Origin: Naegleria gruberi
Lineage: Eukaryota
Assembly (NCBI GenBank): GCA_000004985.1
Contig: GG738871.1
Length of the DNA: 64,000 nucleotides
Reading direction: 5' to 3' (one strand)
The position numbers were made by a program, and so were the translations under genes. The notes below the pieces were generated by a model. That model was not told the origin of the DNA, did not search any database, and saw nothing but the letters and a program-made list of their open reading frames with translations. Positions 57,848 through 64,000 of this stretch are shown here, piece by piece (positions within the stretch are counted from its first letter, which is position 1; each line of letters starts with the position of its first letter).

Positions 57848-59277
57848 ATGTTCGCCTCAAGGAGAATAGCTGTTGTTGGTGTTGGTGAGGAAAAATCAAG
57901 TTTGATGACCTTAATCGAACAAGAACACGGAACGGTTACTTCAAGTGTTTCTAGCACTACTCACATGTTAATCACAATGAACAAGAAATTGGTAGCAGCA
58001 AAGAATGCGTTGAAGTATAACATTCCGATATTCAGTGTTGATGAATTTAAACAAAAGTACTTCAAAAACATGTGATTGTTAATACGTTTGATTTATTTTA
58101 CCTTCATTATAGTGAAGAGGAAATCCCAAATAAGAACAAGAGAAAAGCTGACCCAAGTGTAACGGATATAGCAGAAGACTTGACAATGCGTACCCCAAAT
58201 AAACAACTTTCAGAGTCTACTACTATTGTTCAAAGATTCGAAACTCCAACCAAATTTTTTAGTTCTTTGGGCCTTAGTCCCCAACCGATTTGATTCGTCC
58301 AAACAGATAGCTCAAGCACTCTTAGAACAGAAAACCTACCCAAAGGGAATGCTTCCAGTTTTGAGTCAACATTTTGGAAGTGGCAAAACAGCACTTGTTG
58401 CAAACTTCCGTGGTGTTTTGGAACAACAAGAATACATCAATGATGATACTTATTTTGATAAATTGATGAAAGCAGCTTTGGTGAGACTTGACATGACTAC
58501 TATTGATCAATTTGTACCTTTAACAACAAACCTTACTACTGGAATAATTCGTACTCATTTAGTGGCGAGCATTTCTGAAGCACTGGCTAAATTGAGAGAG
58601 AACAATCCTAATACTCTTAATCTTGAAAAAAGCTATAGTACAATATTAGAACTATCATCCACTCAACAAAATTCCCTTGTTGCAAAACAACTCGAAGATT
58701 CGCCTAGTATTTTTTCATTTCTCCAAGCATGGTCTCTCAACAACATCTATTCCTTACTTGTATTTTTTGATGAATTGGGATCTCTTGAAAATCCACGGAT
58801 CCACTCATGCAATTTTGGAATGATATTGCAAATTTAATCGGCCAAGAAAAAAATATTCACAATATATTCATAATTGTGGCCGGAAAATCTGCCACCTTAG
58901 CTCAATTAGGTAGGCAAGAACATGGAAGACTCGTATCGCCTACACCAGCTACACATATTGTTCTTGATATGCTTTCTATTGAGTTTGTTATCGAATTAAT
59001 AGAAAAGTTTAACCCTGACATATCTCTCATAAGGAAATCTCCGAACAAAATTAAGGAGTTTGCACAGATTACAAAATCAAGAATTTTTGTTCCTAAAAGA
59101 ATTGAAGCTATTATACTGGGAAAGGAAGCATTTGATACATTCTTTACAATAGAGGACAAGAACATGTTGGACAGATTATCTTCAAATGAGCTGCCCAATA
59201 TTGATTACTTGAAAAATTTCTCCCAATCAATCAGTTGCATTCAGAGGCACCATTGGAATGGCGTTAATTTAAATTGA
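57848..59277 (+). CDS. BRCT-like domain plus P-loop NTPase (AAA+/RFC1-like architecture). It is fragmented over 4 ORFs in alternating frames, and its introns or frameshifts are unresolved.
   Basis: The N-terminal region MFASRRIAVVGVGEEKSSLMTLIEQEHGTVTSSVSSTTHMLITMNKK...YNIPIFSVDEF is a BRCT-like pattern. Walker A is VLSQHFGSGKTALV. Walker B is LLVFFDELGS. The C-terminal helical region is in the 58807..59277 ORF. Confidence 0.4.
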
Positions 59278-60141
59278 TTTATTGTAATGTTACTTGGAGT
59301 ATTCGATGAGTTTAGTAATACACAAGTTATGAGAATTTGACAACTGTTAGAACAATTGCAATTTTTGGGAGAACACTTCGTTACTGATTGTGGTGGTTCT
59401 TCAAATCGAATATAATTCTTGTGAAACGTTTCAAAATTGTGTTGTCCTTTGGCTGAGATTGCTTGATTGTTGATTATTTTCTAATGAATTCTCTGACACC
59501 ATTGAAAGCGTGGAAAGTTACGAAATTATTGCTTGTCGACAAAATAGTAAAGAACTGTTATGCATGTGAAAAACACATTTCAAGTCGCGAACCATGTTGT
59601 TGTTTTGCAAAATAAATGTTCTATTACAATTTCGATGATCATCAAACTACTGTTTGTATCTTCTTAGTATGCCTTATCAAATGGAGTTGACCAATTGAGA
59701 TCCAACCAAATTACTTCTCTCATTACAACATTGTACAAAAAAAATTACAACAACATTCATACCACCATCACTAGCAAAAAAGGGTAGTTTGAATTTTCAG
59801 TCTTCTGACCCACACGCACTTTTTGATTCTTGCAAGACATCATCTTCCACAAAATTAGCGCCTAATTTTTTTGGTAAAGCTGAAAAAAATATTTTTGTCA
59901 AGATTTGGATTTAATTTTTGTTGTATTCAATAAGCATCATCACCAGCAATAGACTGAACATCAAGAGTTTTTTGTCAACACTAAACTTTTGTCCATCATT
60001 GATATTGTTTAAATAGGATTGTAGATAATCAACTGTTTTAAAGATCCGATATTGTGATTGAGAAACAAATTCACACAATCAGCATCAACATCAATTAATT
60101 TATTATTTAAATAATTATTATTGGAGTACTAGTAACACAAT

Positions 60142-63100
60142 ATGCCATTATTTGGAATACCTAAAAAGCCACTACAAAAAAGAGGATTAGGTCAGGCCCA
60201 AGATAAACAATGGCCATCCAATAAGCCTGTTTTTCATATTCCAATCACCGATGAGGTTTTTGATGATTATGAGTAAGTAGTGATGATCACATAGACTTGA
60301 CCATATTTACAACTTACAATAGGGATTATGTCAATAGGCAAATAATGTATAAACTTCAAATTTGGAGTTGTCAATACACAGGAAGAGAAAACATGACATA
60401 TGAACAAGCATTGGAATCAGAAAAAGAACACAAACAACAAGATTTGTTTAAATATTATCCTAGATATATTCTTCGTCATATTTGTTATATGGTACATAAT
60501 TGTAGAAAGGGTGAAACTTTCCAAGAATTAGCACATAGAATGGCCAAGTTTTTTGAGTATAACTTCATAGAGGGTGAGGAACTTTACTGTGAGTTGGACA
60601 CAACGTAAGTATTTTCAATTATTCACTCCGAATCAAATATTGTTATTGTTGATAGTATTTCTGTTGTTTTAAAAAGAATACTTCTCAAGAAACTTCACTA
60701 TTATTTGAATGATCCAAATTTTCCTCCTTTTTCTGCACCTTTGTATATAACAGATGCTGATAGTCATCAAATTGAAGTTTTTCATCAAACAAAACCACAG
60801 GAACATCATTATGATTACGATTTACTGAACATGGGATATGGTACACAAGGAAAACTTTACGAAGTTGAAGTTGTTTCAAATAATTCTACTTTTGAAAACA
60901 AAATCATTGTTGTGTACTACACTGTATTACTCAGAAAACAGAGCTCTCTAATCGAATCTGTTGATAAGATTATGAGATGGTTACATGAATATACCTTTTT
61001 GGATGAGGATGGAATGATTTTATTGAAACCTGAATTATTGGAATATTTCAAACTTGAACCAAGAGCTGCAGCACAATGCGAAGTTAAATCAAAATATCAA
61101 AAGAAAATTGATGAAGAAATGTATGATATTGAGAGATTTAAGCATGGAAGAATCAAGTCTTTGTATGATTTAAAGTATCATCATGTTGATAAGTTCGGAA
61201 GGCTTATGTCTGATATCAAGGAAATCGAATCATCGCTCAAAGGCATTCCTGTTGCAGAGCCATCACATTCTTCATCAACAAATGGTAGTAATATTCAAAA
61301 CAGTCATTCAACAAATGGTATTGTTGTTGAACATTATGAACAGCCAAGTGCCCCTGTTGTACAACAAATTAATCCATTACTATTACCAAAGAAGGATGGA
61401 ACCATACTAGATGAATATATTGCGGATAGAGAACCTCAAAAATCTGATGAAAACTTTCCAAAGTTCCATTATGATTTCATTATCAAAACTCCAGAATGTA
61501 TTCCTGATGCTTTAAACATATTTAATTTCCTTTTTTCTTTTAGAGGACCTCTCAAATTGGATCCATTTACTTTTGACGAATTCCAAAATGCTTTAGAATG
61601 TAAAGATGAAAACAATCCACTATTAAGATCAACTTTACAACATGGTAAGAAACAAGGATCAAAGAATGATTAATCTCCCTTCAAGAAAATTAGTCATCAA
61701 TAGAGATGCAACTGTATACATTGCTCAAACCATTCCAGTTATTCCTCTCCGTGAATATTGGAAAGTGTTCATGCCTCACGAAATAATTAATATTAAAAAG
61801 GAAGAAGTTATCAAACAAGTACCTGAAGTTAAGCAAGAACAAGAAGAAGTTAAACAAGAAGAGCCTAAATCTGAATCAAATGGAAATAGTGCTGCAGAGC
61901 CAACTATTATTGAAGATGACAAGGATGTTGAAATGAAAGAAAGTGTAAAGGTAGAAACAACACCATCATCTGAACCAACAACAGCAACAACAACAGATGA
62001 GCAACAACAACCTGCTGAACCTGCTGAGGTCAATCAAGTCAAGGAAGAAAATAATGAAACAACTAACCAAGAAGTGAAAACTGAAGAAATTAAGGAGGAG
62101 GAACCAACTGCACAAAGTAATAATAATATGGTAGATGAAGATGTAAAGCAGGTAAAGAGTGTTGTTGAAAGAGCAATGGAATTCATCAAGAGTGATGCCT
62201 ATGATGATAATGAAATTGACTTTTTCAAACACTTGGATTCCGATGTTAAAGTATATATTTTAAGCAAGCTAACAGAACAATGCATTTTGACAGCCACTAT
62301 CAGAGAATTTACAGATGAAAATATTGAACACATGAAAAAGTTGAAGAGACAAAAGAATTTGGAAAATACTGAAGATATTGAAAAATCAAAAGAAGAAACT
62401 GAAGAGGCAAAGAAACTAACTGCTGAAGAATTGAAATCAAGAAGGAATAAGAGAGAGAAAGTCTATCAAGATTTACTTTCCCTTCATGCAATTAGAGCCA
62501 AACCTCTAGGATATGACAGACGGTTCAATCGTTATTGGTTCTTCCCAACTTTTGTTGGTGTACTTTTTGTTGAACCATGTTCTCCATTCAGACTTGTTGT
62601 AAACAACGGTGTTGCTGATCCAGTGGAAACAAGACATTGGGGATATTTATGTACAAAGAAAGAGATTGAAACTTTAATTTCCACCTTAGATCCAAGGGGA
62701 TTCCGCGAAAAGAAACTTCTCTCAAATTTAAATAAGTATAGAAGAGAAATAATAGATCAAATCACTCTGAGAAATTCTGCCATTAATCCAGAAATGGTAG
62801 CCGAAGATGTACCATTAAGCACAGCTCAAACGACTGAATCTGTCCCATCATCAAATGGAGGAGAATCAAAGACAGAAGTAGCCTCGTCCTCCTCAACTAC
62901 AGACAATGAAATGAAAGATGAAGCACCAATTACTAAACCTGAACAAACTCCTGAAACATCCAATGTACCTTCAATTGTTATTGATGATGTTTCTACAGAT
63001 TCTCCATCAAAGAAGAGAAAACATACAGATGACAATGTATCTGACATTAGTGAAGTGTCATCTAGTTCACAACAACCTAAGAGAACTAAATTAGATACAA

Positions 63101-63258
63101 CCCTCGAAGAAATTGCAACTAAGTATCCTACGAAATTCAAACCAAGCATAGAGTCTTTCCAACCAACTTCATTCCTCAAATATCGAAATAGTCAGGAAGA
63201 AGTTATTCCTGCAGACTCTGAATGTTTCCTTCCAGACGAAGATGAGGAAGAAGATTAA
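60142..63258 (+). CDS. ACF1/BAZ1/Itc1-like ISWI-complex subunit with WAC and DDT domains. Exons 60142..60272, 60323..60604, 60677..61644 and 61739..63258.
   Basis: The spliced N-terminus MPLFGIPKKPLQK...KPVFHIPITDEVFDDYE|DYVNRQIMYKLQIWSCQYTGRENMTYEQALESEKE aligns with the BAZ1A/ACF1 WAC motif (…EVFYCKVTNEIF..YDD…LVWSCAVTGRPGLTYQEALESEK). The DDT motif is DALNIFNFLFSFRGPLKLDPFTFDEFQNAL. All four junctions are GTAAGT/GTAAGA..AG and in frame. Confidence 0.75.
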
Positions 63259-63265
63259 ATAAAAA

Positions 63266-64000
63266 ATGAAAACTTTAGTGTTGCTCGGAATTTGTTTGTG
63301 CTTTTTAATGATAATAGCACCATCATCATTAAATGCTCAACAAGGACCAATTGATAAATATCGAGTTGAATTTTCAGTGGATCAGGGAAATACTTGGAAG
63401 GAACGTGGATTTATTGTATATGATGCTAGTAGTAGAAATCGTTTACAATTTCGTCCAACACTTACCAATGATGCCAAATGGTCAGGTGATGTTATTAAAA
63501 CCATCTCCGATAGAATTTTAAAGAAGAAGACAGAATCTTTAATTTATCAAATTCGTGTTACTACTTTAAAGGATGATTCACAAATTGTGGCCTCAATTTC
63601 AATGGTTGGTATTAATAATAATAATTTAATAATGATGATTACCATGATGATGAATAATATAATAATAATTATAACAATATTTGATGATGAACAATAATAT
63701 ACAACAATAATAATTTGGAAATAGTGTGATTTTATTAATTCAAAATTCAAGGAAGTGTGGCATTTAGTTTTTGATTCAAAGGAAAATTTAGTTTCAATTA
63801 CCATTAATGCTGATACACATACTGCTCCAACACCATATCACTCCCAATCATGTACTTCCGATGTTATTGCTTCTCTTGAAAAATTGAAGAATGGACTTCA
63901 AAATGGTGTCAGAGAATCAGTCAAAATTATTAGTCACAATCCTCCAAAAACAGGAGAAAAGATTAGTTTTACTGGTGTCAAATCACCTGAAGAAAAGAAG
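63266..64000 (+). CDS. Secreted hypothetical protein, 5' part. It has a signal peptide, and exon 2 begins near 63752 and runs off the window.
   Basis: MKTLVLLGICLCFLMIIAPSSLNA is a signal peptide. The read-through between 63605 and 63751 is pure A/T low-complexity sequence (…MMITMMMNNIIIIITIFDDEQ*) and is probably an intron. The same frame reopens at 63752 (EVWHLVFDSKENL…). Confidence 0.4.

Noticed and set aside
1-64000. A prokaryotic, phage or giant-virus origin for the window
   Set aside because: There are multiple verified spliceosomal introns with GTAAGT/GTATGT donors. The tRNAs are eukaryotic type II/Pol III with T-run terminators. Eukaryote-only genes are present (ARF, F-box, ACF1, NSE2, ribosomal L26 and eEF2).

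Overview
This window is AT-rich (roughly one-third GC) eukaryotic nuclear DNA and is gene-dense. It has short GT-AG introns of about 55-140 nt with GTAAGT or GTATGT donors. The tRNA genes end in T-run Pol III terminators. Many proteins carry Lys/Asn/Gln/Ser low-complexity tracts. The gene content includes PhoPQ-related and NHL+EGF surface proteins, several F-box proteins, a PH-RasGAP and an ACF1-like protein. I infer a social-amoeba (dictyostelid-like) genome from this; that is an inference, not a database result. I can support about 37 protein-coding genes, most with 1-5 small introns. I can also support two tRNAs, tRNA-Leu(CAA) and tRNA-Glu(UUC), one degenerate tRNA-Asp-like pseudogene and one 50-N assembly gap. 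Recognisable housekeeping genes are UDP-glucose dehydrogenase, an ENT nucleoside transporter, an EF-2 family GTPase, an ARF-like GTPase, ribosomal protein L26, the NSE2 SP-RING protein, a TDP2-like EEP nuclease, a PNPOx-like flavoprotein, an ACF1/BAZ1-like WAC-DDT protein and a Zn2Cys6 regulator. The most unusual content is as follows. (a) Two giant paralogous surface proteins (NHL beta-propeller plus 25-40 tandem tenascin-type EGF modules; one TM-anchored, one GPI-like) carry near-identical internal DNA repeats, and one has a compensated +1/+2 double frameshift. (b) A roughly 1500-aa myosin-like protein has a degenerate P-loop and switch II, making it a predicted pseudo-motor. (c) A 4-kb block of bacterial-type genes (agmatine deiminase, PhoPQ-activated pathogenicity-related protein, secreted CHAP-like amidase) is a candidate horizontally acquired island for bacterial feeding. 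(d) An F-box protein is fused to a Ras-superfamily GTPase whose catalytic Gln is replaced by Pro. (e) A secreted, extremely basic repeat peptide precursor is present. (f) An eEF2 paralog of only moderate identity retains the diphthamide site. (g) A BRCT plus P-loop NTPase gene is split over alternating frames. Several gene models show frame disruptions inside repetitive or homopolymer sequence. These could be assembly errors or real pseudogenisation.
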